A stretch of DNA of 64,000 bases from an uncultured candidate division Zixibacteria bacterium (GTDB lineage Bacteria; Zixibacteria; MSB-5A5; UBA10806; 4484-95): the NCBI GenBank assembly GCA_963668625.2, contig CAXXKA010000001.1, forward strand, positions 576,001 to 640,000, read 5' to 3'. Positions 51,803 to 62,261 of the stretch are shown one piece after another. The notes under the pieces are model-generated. The model ran no database searches. It saw nothing but the letters and a program-made list of their open reading frames with translations, and was not told the DNA's origin. How positions within the stretch are numbered: the first letter of the stretch is position 1; each line of letters starts with the position of its first letter. The position numbers were made by a program, and so were the translations under genes.

Positions 51803-53014
51803 ATGCGTAATATTATGCTTACGTTTATCGTTATTCTTATGACCGTAGTTATTTCTTCAGCAACAATCATTCATGTTCCCTCGGAATACTCGACCATTCA
51901 AGAAGCACTTGATGTCTCGTTTATCGATGATACCGTTATGGTGGCTGCAGGTACTTATTATGAAAATATTATCTGGCCGTTTTTTAATGGGATAAAATTG
52001 CTTGGTGAAAATAGGGATATTACAATCATTGATGGTGGCGGATTGGCCAGTGTAATTCGTTTCGATGAGCCATATGTTATCGACACTGCAACCGCAATTC
52101 GTGGGTTTACTATTACGAATGGCAGCGCCCAATCGGCCTGGCCGCAGTCGCTGGGCGGGGGAATATGTATATACAACGCCAGTCCGATCCTGGAACAACT
52201 TAATATTGTTGGCAACTCCGCGGATGAATCCGGCGGAGGAATCTTTATCCGGGGGCCTGGCTCCGAGCCGATAATAAGAAATACATTGATATATGATAAC
52301 ACCGCGACTTCCTGTGGTGGGTTGGATTGTAGCGGAGGATCGGCGTTATTCGATCATGTCACGGTTGTCGGTAACGATCCCGGTGGGATGTATTTCGATA
52401 CAAGAGGCTACCCTCAAGTTAATAATTCCATTATTTCCTCTAACTCTATCTTTGATATCCGCATACGCGGCACCTCGCTTGAGCCAACTACCATAGCCAT
52501 GGGCTTTAATGATATAACCGGTGATATTCAATTGATCCATTACGGCATTATAGACTACCAGGGTGTATTAATTAATGATGATCCGCTTTTCGTTGATTCT
52601 GAGGATGGTGATTTTCATCTGACTGTCGATTCACCCTGTATCGATGCCGGTGATCCTGATGATCCATACGATCCTGATGCTACGATAACTGATTTGGGAG
52701 CGTTTTATTTCAACCAGCAAACATCAATTGAGAATATTATAGCACTGCCTGAGGAAATTAGCATTCTGCAGAACTATCCTAATCCATTCAACGTAGCCAC
52801 AACTATCAGTTTAACGATACCCGAAACGCAGCAGGTGCGAATAGATATTTACGATGTACTTGGCCGTCAGGTTGGCTTGCTTGTTGATGATATCATGCAG
52901 GCGGGGGATTACAATTTAAAATGGCAAGCTGAGGATTATGTCTCCGGGGTTTATTTTGCCAGGTTGAAGACCGGCGGCCAATCGAATATAATCAGGATGG
53001 CTTTAATTAAATAG
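51803..53014 (+). CDS. Secreted parallel beta-helix protein with C-terminal sorting domain
   Basis: TIIHVPSEYSTIQ, GGGI repeats, SPCIDAG, QNYPNPFN; paralog of the 12126 gene. Confidence 0.85.
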   Translation: MRNIMLTFIVILMTVVISSATIIHVPSEYSTIQEALDVSFIDDTVMVAAGTYYENIIWPFFNGIKLLGENRDITIIDGGGLASVIRFDEPYVIDTATAIRGFTITNGSAQSAWPQSLGGGICIYNASPILEQLNIVGNSADESGGGIFIRGPGSEPIIRNTLIYDNTATSCGGLDCSGGSALFDHVTVVGNDPGGMYFDTRGYPQVNNSIISSNSIFDIRIRGTSLEPTTIAMGFNDITGDIQLIHYGIIDYQGVLINDDPLFVDSEDGDFHLTVDSPCIDAGDPDDPYDPDATITDLGAFYFNQQTSIENIIALPEEISILQNYPNPFNVATTISLTIPETQQVRIDIYDVLGRQVGLLVDDIMQAGDYNLKWQAEDYVSGVYFARLKTGGQSNIIRMALIK

Positions 53015-53193
53015 CAGGTGCATCTTACTTGACATATTGTAAGGGGAGAGCTTGTCTCTGCCCGGGTTTGGCTGACATCGGCGGATAATCTATTATATTT
53101 AAGTATATGGATGTTCTATAACCTGAGGACATTACCAACTCCGGCCTTTCAGGCATTTTCCGCTTGACAAATGCGGCAGACTTTATTAATAAC

Positions 53194-53251
53194 AAGCCCA
53201 ATATGTGTTCCGGATAGGCAAATAATACAGCCCGGCATGGGCTTTTTTTTT
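53194..53251 (+). promoter_or_regulatory. PyrR-type attenuator leader
   Basis: GTTCCGGATAGGCA resembles the PyrR loop ARUCCNGNGAGGYU; followed by agccc-ggcat-gggct-T-tract terminator just before pyrR. Confidence 0.65.
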
Positions 53252-53261
53252 AGGATTTTTT

Positions 53262-53810
53262 ATGCCTCTGACAACAATAATGGACAATAAGGGAATAGCC
53301 CGCTCGCTCGAGCGAATCGCTTATGAGATTTTGGAAAGCAACCAGGGAGCCGAGAAACTTGGGATTATCGGCATACGAACCAGGGGAGCATTTTTAGCCG
53401 AGCGACTGGTGAAACTGATAAAGCGAATCGAGAAAGTAGCCGTGCCCGTGGGGGCGGTTGATATTACCATGTATAGGGATGATGTTCAGATCCGGCTCGA
53501 ACAGCCGATTATCCAGCAAACAGATATCGAGTTTTCCATAGATGATATGAATCTGGTGCTGGTTGATGATGTTCTTTATACCGGTAGAACCGTCCGGGCC
53601 GCCTTAAACGAGATATCGGATTACGGCCGTCCCAAGCGTATACAACTGGCGGTACTGGTAGACAGGGGACATCGCGAATTGCCGATACGCGCCGATTTCG
53701 TAGGCCTTCAATTGCAAACATTCCAGGATGAGAATGTTACGGTTAATGTTACCGAAAAAGATGATGAGGATAGTGTAGTACTTCAACAGGCAGATGGAGG
53801 GCAGGGGTGA
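53262..53810 (+). CDS. pyrR: Pyrimidine operon attenuation protein / UPRTase
   Basis: DITMYRDD, LVDDVLYTGRT, DRGHRELPI. Confidence 0.95.
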   Translation: MPLTTIMDNKGIARSLERIAYEILESNQGAEKLGIIGIRTRGAFLAERLVKLIKRIEKVAVPVGAVDITMYRDDVQIRLEQPIIQQTDIEFSIDDMNLVLVDDVLYTGRTVRAALNEISDYGRPKRIQLAVLVDRGHRELPIRADFVGLQLQTFQDENVTVNVTEKDDEDSVVLQQADGGQG

Positions 53811-54739
53811 AATTAAAGTCGCCTCATTTAATCGGGCTGGAGCATGTTCCGGCAGATGAAATTAATCTCATACTCGACACGGCGGTTACTCTGAAAGAGA
53901 TACTGGATCGGCCCATAAAGAAAGTCCCGACATTAAGGCATATAACGGTATTAAACCTGTTTTTCGAACCCTCAACCAGGACGAAGATCTCATTCGAGCT
54001 GGCCGAGAAAAGGCTCTCCGCCGACTCAATCGGTTTTGCTAAGGCCTCATCCTCGGTTGTTAAGGGGGAGACATTGCTGGATACGATCTGGAATATCGAG
54101 GCGATGAAAATCGACATGATCGTAATGCGTCACGGGGTTTCCGGTTCGCCGCTTTTTGTCTCGCAAAACTGCGATTCCAAAGTGATTAATGCCGGTGATG
54201 GCACCCATGAGCACCCGACACAGGGACTCCTGGATATTTTTACCATGCGCGAGAAATATGGCAGCTTGAAAGATTTACGAGTTGTTCTTGTTGGCGATAT
54301 CAAGCATTCCCGGGTTGCTCGTTCCAATATCTGGGGCTTAAAACATCTGGGTGCGAACGTAGCGATCTGTGGGCCATCTACGCTGTTACCGTTCGAGGTG
54401 GAGATGATGGGTGTTGATGTTTACACGCGTATCGAGGAAGCGCTTGATGGCGCGGATGTCGTAAATATTCTACGTCTGCAGAAAGAACGGCAATCTTCCG
54501 GGCTTTTACCCTCACTTCGCGAATACTCCAACCTGTTTTGTGTCACTAAAGACAGGCTTAAATTGATGAACAAGAATTTCACGGTGATGCATCCCGGGCC
54601 GATGAATCGCGGCGTGGAGATTGCCTCGGAGGTAGCTGATGGCGAGGATTCGGTGATATTACCACAGGTAACCAACGGGGTCGCTGTCAGGATGGCGGTT
54701 TTATATCTGCTTAGTGGAGGAGTTGGCAAAATTGAGTGA
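53807..54739 (+). CDS. pyrB: Aspartate carbamoyltransferase catalytic subunit
   Basis: FFEPSTRT, HEHPTQ, HSRVARS, RLQKER, HPGP. Confidence 0.96.
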   Translation: MKLKSPHLIGLEHVPADEINLILDTAVTLKEILDRPIKKVPTLRHITVLNLFFEPSTRTKISFELAEKRLSADSIGFAKASSSVVKGETLLDTIWNIEAMKIDMIVMRHGVSGSPLFVSQNCDSKVINAGDGTHEHPTQGLLDIFTMREKYGSLKDLRVVLVGDIKHSRVARSNIWGLKHLGANVAICGPSTLLPFEVEMMGVDVYTRIEEALDGADVVNILRLQKERQSSGLLPSLREYSNLFCVTKDRLKLMNKNFTVMHPGPMNRGVEIASEVADGEDSVILPQVTNGVAVRMAVLYLLSGGVGKIE

Positions 54740-56009
54740 TCTGGTTATAACAGGCGGAACGATCGTTGATCCTGTCGATGATTATTACGGGCCGGGCGCT
54801 ATCGTAGTTAGGCGCGGCAAGATAGAACAAGTCATTAAAGATAAATCCCAACCCGAGGGCAATCTGGATGCCACCGGTATGCTGGTCGTTCCGGGACTGG
54901 TAGATATCCACGTGCATTTCCGTGAACCGGGATTCGAGCATAAAGAGACAATAGAGACCGGGGCGAATGCCGCCGCCGCCGGAGGATTTACCTCTGTGGC
55001 CTGCATGCCCAACACCGATCCGGTGCTGGATAATCAGGGATCGATTAAATTTATTGTTGAAAAAGCTAAAAGCGCCTCAATCAATGTCTACCCGATTGGT
55101 TGTTTAACGAAGGGCCAGAAGGGCGAGCAACTTGCCGAGATGGGCGATATGATTCAATCCGGGGCAGTGGCTTTCAGTGATGATGGCCATGGCGTGCAAA
55201 ATGGCCTTATAATGCGTCGCGCGATGGAATATTGTAAGATGCTGGGCGTAAAACCGATCTCGCATTGCGAGTATTCCGACCTGGCCGATAACGGCGTAGC
55301 GAACGAGAGTTTTATTACCGGCAAGCTGGGCTTGAAAGGTATCACCCGTGCGGCCGAGGAACTGATGATAGCTCGCGATATCATGTTAGCCGAGATTACC
55401 GGTGCTCCTGTACATATCGCGCATGTCTCGACAGCGGGGGGGGCCGAGTTGATCAAGAACGCTAAGAAACGTAAATTACCGGTCACAGCCGAGACCTGCC
55501 CGCATTATTTTACGTTAAACGATGAAATGCTGGAAAATTACGATACGAATCTTAAAGTCAACCCGCCTCTTCGCACCAAAAAGGATGTGGCGGCTATCAA
55601 GAAAGCTATCAAGGCCGGTATATTCGATTGTATGGTTACCGATCACGCGCCGCATGCCTATGATGAGAAACAGCTCGAGTTTGATTACGCGCCGTTCGGT
55701 TTGATAGGGCTCGAGACCTCTCTGGGATTGGTTGCCACGAACCTGGTTCATGCCGGCGTTATCGATTGGCTTGAGGCCGTAAAAATAATGTCTTACAATC
55801 CAGCCTGCATTTTAAATCTTCCGGCGGGAACGTTGAATACCGGCGAGGCTGCTGATATCACTTTGATTGACCCCGATATGGAATGGACCGTAACAAAGGA
55901 TGATTTCCATTCTATGTCAAAGAATTCTCCTTATATTGGAATGAATTTAACGGGACGAGTATATAGTACCGTATGTAATGGAAAAGTTGTATATCAATTA
56001 AACAAATAG
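54732..56009 (+). CDS. pyrC: Dihydroorotase
   Basis: DIHVHFREPG, MPNTDP, KVNPPLR, TDHAPH. Confidence 0.95.
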   Translation: MSDLVITGGTIVDPVDDYYGPGAIVVRRGKIEQVIKDKSQPEGNLDATGMLVVPGLVDIHVHFREPGFEHKETIETGANAAAAGGFTSVACMPNTDPVLDNQGSIKFIVEKAKSASINVYPIGCLTKGQKGEQLAEMGDMIQSGAVAFSDDGHGVQNGLIMRRAMEYCKMLGVKPISHCEYSDLADNGVANESFITGKLGLKGITRAAEELMIARDIMLAEITGAPVHIAHVSTAGGAELIKNAKKRKLPVTAETCPHYFTLNDEMLENYDTNLKVNPPLRTKKDVAAIKKAIKAGIFDCMVTDHAPHAYDEKQLEFDYAPFGLIGLETSLGLVATNLVHAGVIDWLEAVKIMSYNPACILNLPAGTLNTGEAADITLIDPDMEWTVTKDDFHSMSKNSPYIGMNLTGRVYSTVCNGKVVYQLNK

Positions 56010-56037
56010 AATATTTAAAGATATTCTCGTTTGGTTA

Positions 56038-57171
56038 TTGTGCATGTTTAACTATCAGGTATTTTATAAAATCGCGCTTATTCTGTTGTATATCTTAGCC
56101 TCGATTCTAATCGTCGCCTCGATCAAATCACCATCACTGATAAACGATAGGGCCGGGGTAATATCACTGACAGAGTTCAAAGGTCATAAACCATTTCAAT
56201 ACCGGGTTTTAATGCCGTTGGTTATACGCGGAATCGAGTATATTACTCCTCAAGCTTTTATCGACATGATACAGTCAAAGGTCTGTGTGGCGTTGGAAAA
56301 TAAAGCAGATCAAACTCAACTCGAATCCCGAAAGGAGAAACTTCTCTCAATAGCTAACAATCCATTCAGGGCGTGTTTGTTTTTTGGAATAAATATAGTT
56401 TTGATTTTCGCCTTTTTCATAATATTGCGAAAGCTGCTCTTTGCAACTTCGTATTTCAAATCATGGGTATACGATTTGTTGCCTTTAAGCTTCGTTTTAA
56501 TAATGCCAATATTTTATGGATACCCGAATTACATATATGATTTCATGCATCTCATGTTATTCACTCTTGGCCTATATGCCATGTATAAAGAGAAATGGCT
56601 GCTATATATATTAATTCTACCTCTGGCTATTTTGAATAAAGAAACTGCTATCATGCTTACCGTAATATTTGCTTTCGTTTATTACAAGAAGCTGCCGCGA
56701 GCTTTGTTTAGAAAAATGCTTATTTATCAAGTGATGATGTTTATCGTGCTTAAATTAGGGCTGTATCTGATATTTATGGAAAATCCCGGCTCAGTTGTTG
56801 AATATCATATACAATGGAATCTGAAGCATCTCTCATATTGGCATCATTATTTCAGATTCGAACCTATCGGCAAAGGGATATTTTTGCCTTTCTACATTCC
56901 AATACCGTGGCCGATCGGCTTGAACTTGCCGTTTCTCGGGATTACCGCCATATTGGTAATTTACGACTGGATTAACAAGCCGCCTTTTTTTCGCAAGGCA
57001 ACGATATATTTTCCCCTGACATTGGTGCTTGCCCTTACAATGGGCTTGATTCCCGAGCTTCGCGCATATTATGATATGGCGCCTATCGTGTTCATTTTAG
57101 CGGCGATGGGATTCAATGATGTGATTCGAGATGTGAAAAGAAAATTCGAGGGAGGCTATAATGCCGGTTAA
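56038..57171 (+). CDS. Polytopic membrane protein of unknown function (AT-rich)
   Basis: About 9 hydrophobic segments; PFQYRVL, NKET, ELR motifs. Confidence 0.7.
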   Translation: MCMFNYQVFYKIALILLYILASILIVASIKSPSLINDRAGVISLTEFKGHKPFQYRVLMPLVIRGIEYITPQAFIDMIQSKVCVALENKADQTQLESRKEKLLSIANNPFRACLFFGINIVLIFAFFIILRKLLFATSYFKSWVYDLLPLSFVLIMPIFYGYPNYIYDFMHLMLFTLGLYAMYKEKWLLYILILPLAILNKETAIMLTVIFAFVYYKKLPRALFRKMLIYQVMMFIVLKLGLYLIFMENPGSVVEYHIQWNLKHLSYWHHYFRFEPIGKGIFLPFYIPIPWPIGLNLPFLGITAILVIYDWINKPPFFRKATIYFPLTLVLALTMGLIPELRAYYDMAPIVFILAAMGFNDVIRDVKRKFEGGYNAG

Positions 57172-57580
57172 AACATATGATTTTACGGTCAACTCCAAAG
57201 GTTATTGCCATCTGGAGGATATCACCTCGCAGGTTGAAAGCTATCTTTATGATTCCGGCTTACGTGATGGTCTTTGCTGTGTAGCGGTTGGCGGTTCAAC
57301 CGCAGCTATAAGTACGATCGAGTACGAGCCGGGGCTGCTTAAGGATATCCCGGAGTTTTTCGAGAAGCTGTTCCCCTCGGATAAATCGTACCATCATGAT
57401 GAAACCTGGCATGATGGTAACGGTTTTTCGCACATGCGTTCGTTTTTACTGAAAACCTCGCACACCATACCGTTTTCGGCCGGGAGGTTGCTCCTCGGAA
57501 CCTGGCAGCAAATAGTTTTAGCCGACTTCGACAATAAATCCCGAAACCGTAAGGTGATCGTCCAGATTATTGGCGAATAG
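57161..57580 (+). CDS. YjbQ/UPF0047 family (secondary thiamine-phosphate synthase)
   Basis: STAAISTIE, NGFSHMRS, LGTWQQI. Confidence 0.88.
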   Translation: MPVKTYDFTVNSKGYCHLEDITSQVESYLYDSGLRDGLCCVAVGGSTAAISTIEYEPGLLKDIPEFFEKLFPSDKSYHHDETWHDGNGFSHMRSFLLKTSHTIPFSAGRLLLGTWQQIVLADFDNKSRNRKVIVQIIGE

Positions 57581-57652
57581 GTAGATAACATTAGCTATAT
57601 CAAGAAGATATAGGGATAGATAAAATATGTACTTGAAAGTTGAGGCATTCTA

Positions 57653-58633
57653 ATGGATATAATGAGCAAGCTGAATTTTAAAACAATCGAGTGGAAAGAC
57701 GATTTCGTACGCTTAATCGATCAGACCAAGCTGCCCGGCGAGCTAACGTTTTACGATTGCCATGAGCTTGCCGATTTCATTGATGCTTTCAAACGTTTGG
57801 TGGTACGTGGCGCGCCGGCTATCGGAGTTACTGCCGCCTATGCTATGGCCGTCGCCTCGATCAAGGGCTGGGATATGACAAAAACCGCCGGGGAACTGAT
57901 TGACGCCCGGCCAACTGCCGTTAATCTTAGCTGGGCGGTAAAACGCATGATGGCGCTGGTGGAATCAGGCAAGGGCGATACTATATCTCTTATGGCAGAG
58001 GCTAAAGTTATCCACGATGAGGATGCCCGGATGTGCGAGAGCATGGGGGAGATCGGCGATAAGCTGATTAAGCCCGGTATGAGAATACTAACCCACTGCA
58101 ATGCCGGGGCGCTGGCGACCGGCGGAATCGGAACTGCGCTGGCAGTTATATATGTATCGCATTTCAACGATAAGGGAATCTCGGTCTGGGTGGATGAAAC
58201 CCGGCCGCTTCTTCAAGGCGCCAGATTAACCGCCTGGGAATTACAAAGAGCCGGCGTGCCCTGCAAGCTGATAACCGATAACATGGCTGCCTCCCTGATG
58301 GCTTCCAGACAGGTGGATTGCGTGATAACCGGAGCCGACCGGATAGCGGCCAACTATGATGTCGCCAACAAAATCGGGACATACAGCCTGGCGGTAAATT
58401 GCAATTATCATGGTATACCGTTTTATGTGGCCGCGCCAGGCTCCACATTCGATTATGAATGCCCGGATGGCAGATCGATCGAGATTGAGATGCGAGTCGG
58501 GGAGGAGATTACCACGATTGCCGGCAACCGCATTGCTCCGGAGGGCATTGACACATACAGCCCGGCATTCGATATCACCCCGCACGAGCTTGTAACGGCG
58601 ATATTTACCGAGAAAGAGATGATAAAGCCGTAG
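57653..58633 (+). CDS. mtnA: S-methyl-5-thioribose-1-phosphate isomerase
   Basis: VRGAPAIG, RPTAVNL, THCNAGALAT, ETRPLLQGARLT, ANKIGTY. Confidence 0.93.
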   Translation: MDIMSKLNFKTIEWKDDFVRLIDQTKLPGELTFYDCHELADFIDAFKRLVVRGAPAIGVTAAYAMAVASIKGWDMTKTAGELIDARPTAVNLSWAVKRMMALVESGKGDTISLMAEAKVIHDEDARMCESMGEIGDKLIKPGMRILTHCNAGALATGGIGTALAVIYVSHFNDKGISVWVDETRPLLQGARLTAWELQRAGVPCKLITDNMAASLMASRQVDCVITGADRIAANYDVANKIGTYSLAVNCNYHGIPFYVAAPGSTFDYECPDGRSIEIEMRVGEEITTIAGNRIAPEGIDTYSPAFDITPHELVTAIFTEKEMIKP

Positions 58634-58789
58634 ATACAGGCATCAGTCTTTCCTCTCCATTAGCAGCTTTCGAATTTGGTTAGTCAAGTCCACTTGGGAC
58701 TTGACTAACCCACGCAAAGAATTATTAGGGATAATTTCATGGTTTTGCAGACTATATCCACCCTGGTTCCAGAACGCCAGCCGCACTAA

Positions 58790-58887
58790 TTGATTCCAAA
58801 GTGCCGCCTTGAAATCCTGCCTGCGCTTGCAGTGAAACTGTATTGCGCAATCAGGCGGCATTACGAAGCAGCGCTTCGTAACGAGGG
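58790..58887. repeat. REPIN family B (degenerate first unit)
   Basis: cattacgaagcagcgcttcgtaacgag at 58859-58885. Confidence 0.65.
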
Positions 58888-59060
58888 AGGAGGGATGGTT
58901 CGTAATGAGGGGATATAGATTATTAATAATATTATTATAGCAATCTATTATCACGATTATATTGCTAAATAATGATGAAAAACATATATTGCGGCGTTCG
59001 GCGAAACCGCTGTTTAAGAAAAAACGTTTTGGCCGATACACTAAAAAGTTGATAAAGCTC

Positions 59061-59089
59061 TTGACAATAATGATTTTGCTTTTAAATTA
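59061..59089 (+). promoter_or_regulatory. sigma70 promoter of the rplM operon
   Basis: TTGACA-N17-TAAATT. Confidence 0.6.
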
Positions 59090-59172
59090 AGTGGTTTGTT
59101 ACAAACTGGGAATCCCGTGTACCCCTGTTTGACGAGCATGATAAAAATGATAGTTAATAATAAGGAGATGTG

Positions 59173-59601
59173 ATGAAGACGTTTGTACCCCGTCCACTCG
59201 AACATCAGCGTAAATGGTATATCATTGATGCTGAGAATAAGGTGTTGGGACGGTTGGCGTCGGAAGTTGCTCGACGGATCAGAGGCAAAGATTCACCGCT
59301 TTTCACGCCATATTTCGATATGGGCGCCTCGGTGATCGTTGTTAATGCCGAGAAGGTTAAAGTCACCGGAAAGAAAGCTAACCAGAAGCATTATTACTGG
59401 CATTCCGGTTATCCCGGCGGTCTGAAATCAACGACATTTGAAAAAATGATCGTCAAACATCCGGATAGAGTAATTAAACACGCTGTAAAGGGAATGCTTC
59501 CGAAAAACCGATTGGGACGGAAGCTTAACAAGAGACTATTTATCTACGCCGGTCCGGAGCATCCGCATAAAGCGCAGAGCCCCGTACCGATGGAAATTTA
59601 G
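59173..59601 (+). CDS. rplM: 50S ribosomal protein L13
   Basis: WYIIDA..LGRLAS, HSGYPGG, GMLPKN. Confidence 0.97.
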   Translation: MKTFVPRPLEHQRKWYIIDAENKVLGRLASEVARRIRGKDSPLFTPYFDMGASVIVVNAEKVKVTGKKANQKHYYWHSGYPGGLKSTTFEKMIVKHPDRVIKHAVKGMLPKNRLGRKLNKRLFIYAGPEHPHKAQSPVPMEI

Positions 59602-59615
59602 TTACGGAGGATCAG

Positions 59616-60008
59616 TTGGCTGAGGAATATTTCCTGGCGAGCGGAACGCGCAAACAGGCTATTGCACAGGTAAGGATAAAAAATGGATCCGGTGCCGTTA
59701 TAGTTAACGGTATCGAGGTTCTCAAATATCTCTGCCGTAAGAACCTGGTTACCCACGCCCTCGAACCATTGGAAGAGGCGAAATTATCGGGTAAGATGGA
59801 TATAGTTGCCAAAGTTAGAGGCGGCGGTTTATCCGGCCAGGCCGGGGCGATTCGTATGGCATTGGCAAGGGCGTTAATAAAATATGATGCCCAGCTTCGC
59901 GGACCCCTCAAAAAAGAGGGTTTCTTAACACGCGATGCCCGTATGGTTGAACGCAAAAAATACGGACAGGCCAAGGCTCGGAAACGCTTCCAGTTCTCGA
60001 AACGTTAA
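59616..60008 (+). CDS. rpsI: 30S ribosomal protein S9
   Basis: GGGLSGQAGAIR, ERKKYG, QFSKR. Confidence 0.97.
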   Translation: MAEEYFLASGTRKQAIAQVRIKNGSGAVIVNGIEVLKYLCRKNLVTHALEPLEEAKLSGKMDIVAKVRGGGLSGQAGAIRMALARALIKYDAQLRGPLKKEGFLTRDARMVERKKYGQAKARKRFQFSKR

Positions 60009-60028
60009 ACAGAGTATTCTATTAATAA

Positions 60029-60095
60029 CACACATCGGTGGACTATTGGCGGGGTCCCCTTATGGGGCCGCCATTGGGGTGAAGCCGGTGGAAGA
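60029..60095 (+). promoter_or_regulatory. rpsB (S2) leader RNA, t44-like
   Basis: cacac-atcggt...tggcgg/ccgcca hairpin...ggggt..gccggtg directly upstream of rpsB. Confidence 0.6.
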
Positions 60096-60128
60096 TAAAA
60101 ACCAATTCCAACCATAGGAGTAGTTTTA

Positions 60129-60905
60129 ATGCAACAAGTTGATATCAAGGACCTGCTTGAGGCTGGTGTACATTTCGGACATCAAACCAGGCGCTGGAAT
60201 CCGAAGATGAAGAAATTCATCTTTACCGCCCGCAATGGTATTTATATTATCGATCTTAAAAAGACCCTCGGTTCGCTGAAAAAAGCTCAGGCTAAAATCC
60301 GCGAGGTCGTTTCGAAAAACGAGAGAGTTTTATTCGTCGGTACCAAAAAACAGGCTAAAGGCGTAATTAAGGATGAGTCCAAAAGGAGCAACCAATATTA
60401 CGTGATCGAGCGCTGGCTGGGCGGCACGATGACCAATTTCCAGACAATCAAAGGCAATATCAAGCGGCTGAAAACCCTTGAGAAGATGAAAGAGGAAGGC
60501 CACTATCAGAATATCACCAAGAAGGAAAGTCTTCAGCTCGAAAAAGAGCGTACCCGTCTCGAGAAATTCTTGAGTGGTATTAAAGAGATGTACAAATTAC
60601 CGGGCTTGCTTATCGTGGTTGATGCTAAGAAAGAGCGGATCGCGGTGGCCGAGGCAAACAAGCTTAAAATCCCGGTAATAGCCGTTATCGATACCAATAC
60701 TGATCCCGATCCGATAGATTTCCCTATCGCTGCCAATGACGACGCGATCAAATCCATCAGCGTCATCGTAAGGGCATTGTCCGAAACGATCTTGGAATCG
60801 AACGCCGAATTTAACGATGAGGTGGTCGAAGAGGAGCCGGTTAAGGAAACTCAGGCAAGCGAAAAAGAGGAATCTAAAGAAGATAGTGTTACGGAGGATA
60901 AGTAA
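60129..60905 (+). CDS. rpsB: 30S ribosomal protein S2
   Basis: LLEAGVHFGHQ, RWLGG, DTNTDP, NDDAIKS. Confidence 0.97.
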   Translation: MQQVDIKDLLEAGVHFGHQTRRWNPKMKKFIFTARNGIYIIDLKKTLGSLKKAQAKIREVVSKNERVLFVGTKKQAKGVIKDESKRSNQYYVIERWLGGTMTNFQTIKGNIKRLKTLEKMKEEGHYQNITKKESLQLEKERTRLEKFLSGIKEMYKLPGLLIVVDAKKERIAVAEANKLKIPVIAVIDTNTDPDPIDFPIAANDDAIKSISVIVRALSETILESNAEFNDEVVEEEPVKETQASEKEESKEDSVTEDK

Positions 60906-61498
60906 TGGAAATCACTGCAGCAATGGTTAGAGAACTTCGTGAAAAAACAGGTGTCGGTATGATGGACTGTAAAAAGGCCTTATCCGAAACCGATGGCGAT
61001 ATGGAGAAAGCTGTTACCAAGCTTCGCGAGGCAGGCCTGGCTAAAGCGGCCAAGAAAGCCGGTCGCGAGGCTAAAGAGGGTATTATTTACTCATATATTC
61101 ACCCCGGCGATAAACTGGGCGTGATGGTCGAGGTCAACTGCGAAACCGATTTCGTAGCTCGCACGGATGACTATAAAGCCCTGTGTAAAGATATCGCTAT
61201 GCAGATAGCCGCCGCCAATCCTCTGGTAGTACGCCGTGAGGAGCTGCCCGAGGAGAAAATCAACGAGGAAAAAGAAATCTACCGTCAGCAGGGCCTTAAA
61301 GAGGGTAAACCTGATAATATCGTTGAAAAGATTGTCAACGGCCGCGTGGAGAAATATTACCAGGAAGTCGTACTTCTGGAACAAGCTTTCATTAAAGACC
61401 AGGATAAAACAGTAAAAGATGTATTAACCGAGGCTATTGCCAGGCTCGGCGAGAATATGTCGATTAAGCGTTTTGCCAGATTCCGACTTGGAGAATAA
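60905..61498 (+). CDS. tsf: Elongation factor Ts
   Basis: [24 protein letters not shown]. Confidence 0.97.
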   Translation: MEITAAMVRELREKTGVGMMDCKKALSETDGDMEKAVTKLREAGLAKAAKKAGREAKEGIIYSYIHPGDKLGVMVEVNCETDFVARTDDYKALCKDIAMQIAAANPLVVRREELPEEKINEEKEIYRQQGLKEGKPDNIVEKIVNGRVEKYYQEVVLLEQAFIKDQDKTVKDVLTEAIARLGENMSIKRFARFRLGE

Positions 61499-61499
61499 T

Positions 61500-62252
61500 A
61501 TGCCTTCCGGTCAAGAGGCAAAATCCGACTTGCTGCCCGAAGGCGAGCTTAAATTTAAACGAGTGCTTTTAAAGCTTTCGGGTGAGGTTTTAATGGGCGA
61601 TCGAGAGGCGGGTCTGGATGACGGAATGGTCAGCCATGTCTGCAGTCAGGTCGCTGATTTACGAAAATTAGGCGTTGAGGTTGGTTTAGTTATTGGCGGC
61701 GGAAATATCTTTCGCGGTTTGACCGCTGCCGCCGCCGGTATGGATCGTGTTGGCGCTGATTTCATGGGAATGCTGGCCACGATCATCAACTCACTGGCGC
61801 TTCAGGATTATTTGGAGCATATGGGGCATTATACTCGTGTGATGTCCGCTATCGAGATGCCGAAAGTCTGCGAGCCGTTTATCCGTAGACGAGCCGTTCG
61901 CCATCTGGAAAAAGGTCGTATAGTGATATTCGCCGGTGGAACGGGTAATCCGTATTTCACCACCGATACGGCTGCCGCCCTGCGTGCCGCCGAAATCGGC
62001 GCGGAGGTGGTCATAAAAGGCACCAAGGTTGATGGCGTATACGACAAGGATCCGATGAGCAACCCCGATGCCGTTATGTATACCGATCTTGATTACAGCA
62101 CCGTCCTCGAGAAAAACCTTCGCGTAATGGACACCTCGGCGGCCTCGTTATGCCGCGACAACAAAATACCGATTATTGTGTTTAATCTATATAAAGACGG
62201 TAATTTGAAAAAAATTGTCCTTGGGGAAAAAATAGGTACCATTGTAAGTTGA
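61500..62252 (+). CDS. pyrH: Uridylate kinase
   Basis: [23 protein letters not shown]. Confidence 0.96.
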   Translation: MPSGQEAKSDLLPEGELKFKRVLLKLSGEVLMGDREAGLDDGMVSHVCSQVADLRKLGVEVGLVIGGGNIFRGLTAAAAGMDRVGADFMGMLATIINSLALQDYLEHMGHYTRVMSAIEMPKVCEPFIRRRAVRHLEKGRIVIFAGGTGNPYFTTDTAAALRAAEIGAEVVIKGTKVDGVYDKDPMSNPDAVMYTDLDYSTVLEKNLRVMDTSAASLCRDNKIPIIVFNLYKDGNLKKIVLGEKIGTIVS

Positions 62253-62261
62253 GGTATTGTT

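Noticed and set aside
58643-59041. 132-aa minus-strand ORF
   Set aside because: Overlaps a REPIN and low-complexity AT-rich promoter DNA; no protein motif
59100-59165. L13 leader RNA
   Set aside because: Position is plausible but I could not support a structure by eye
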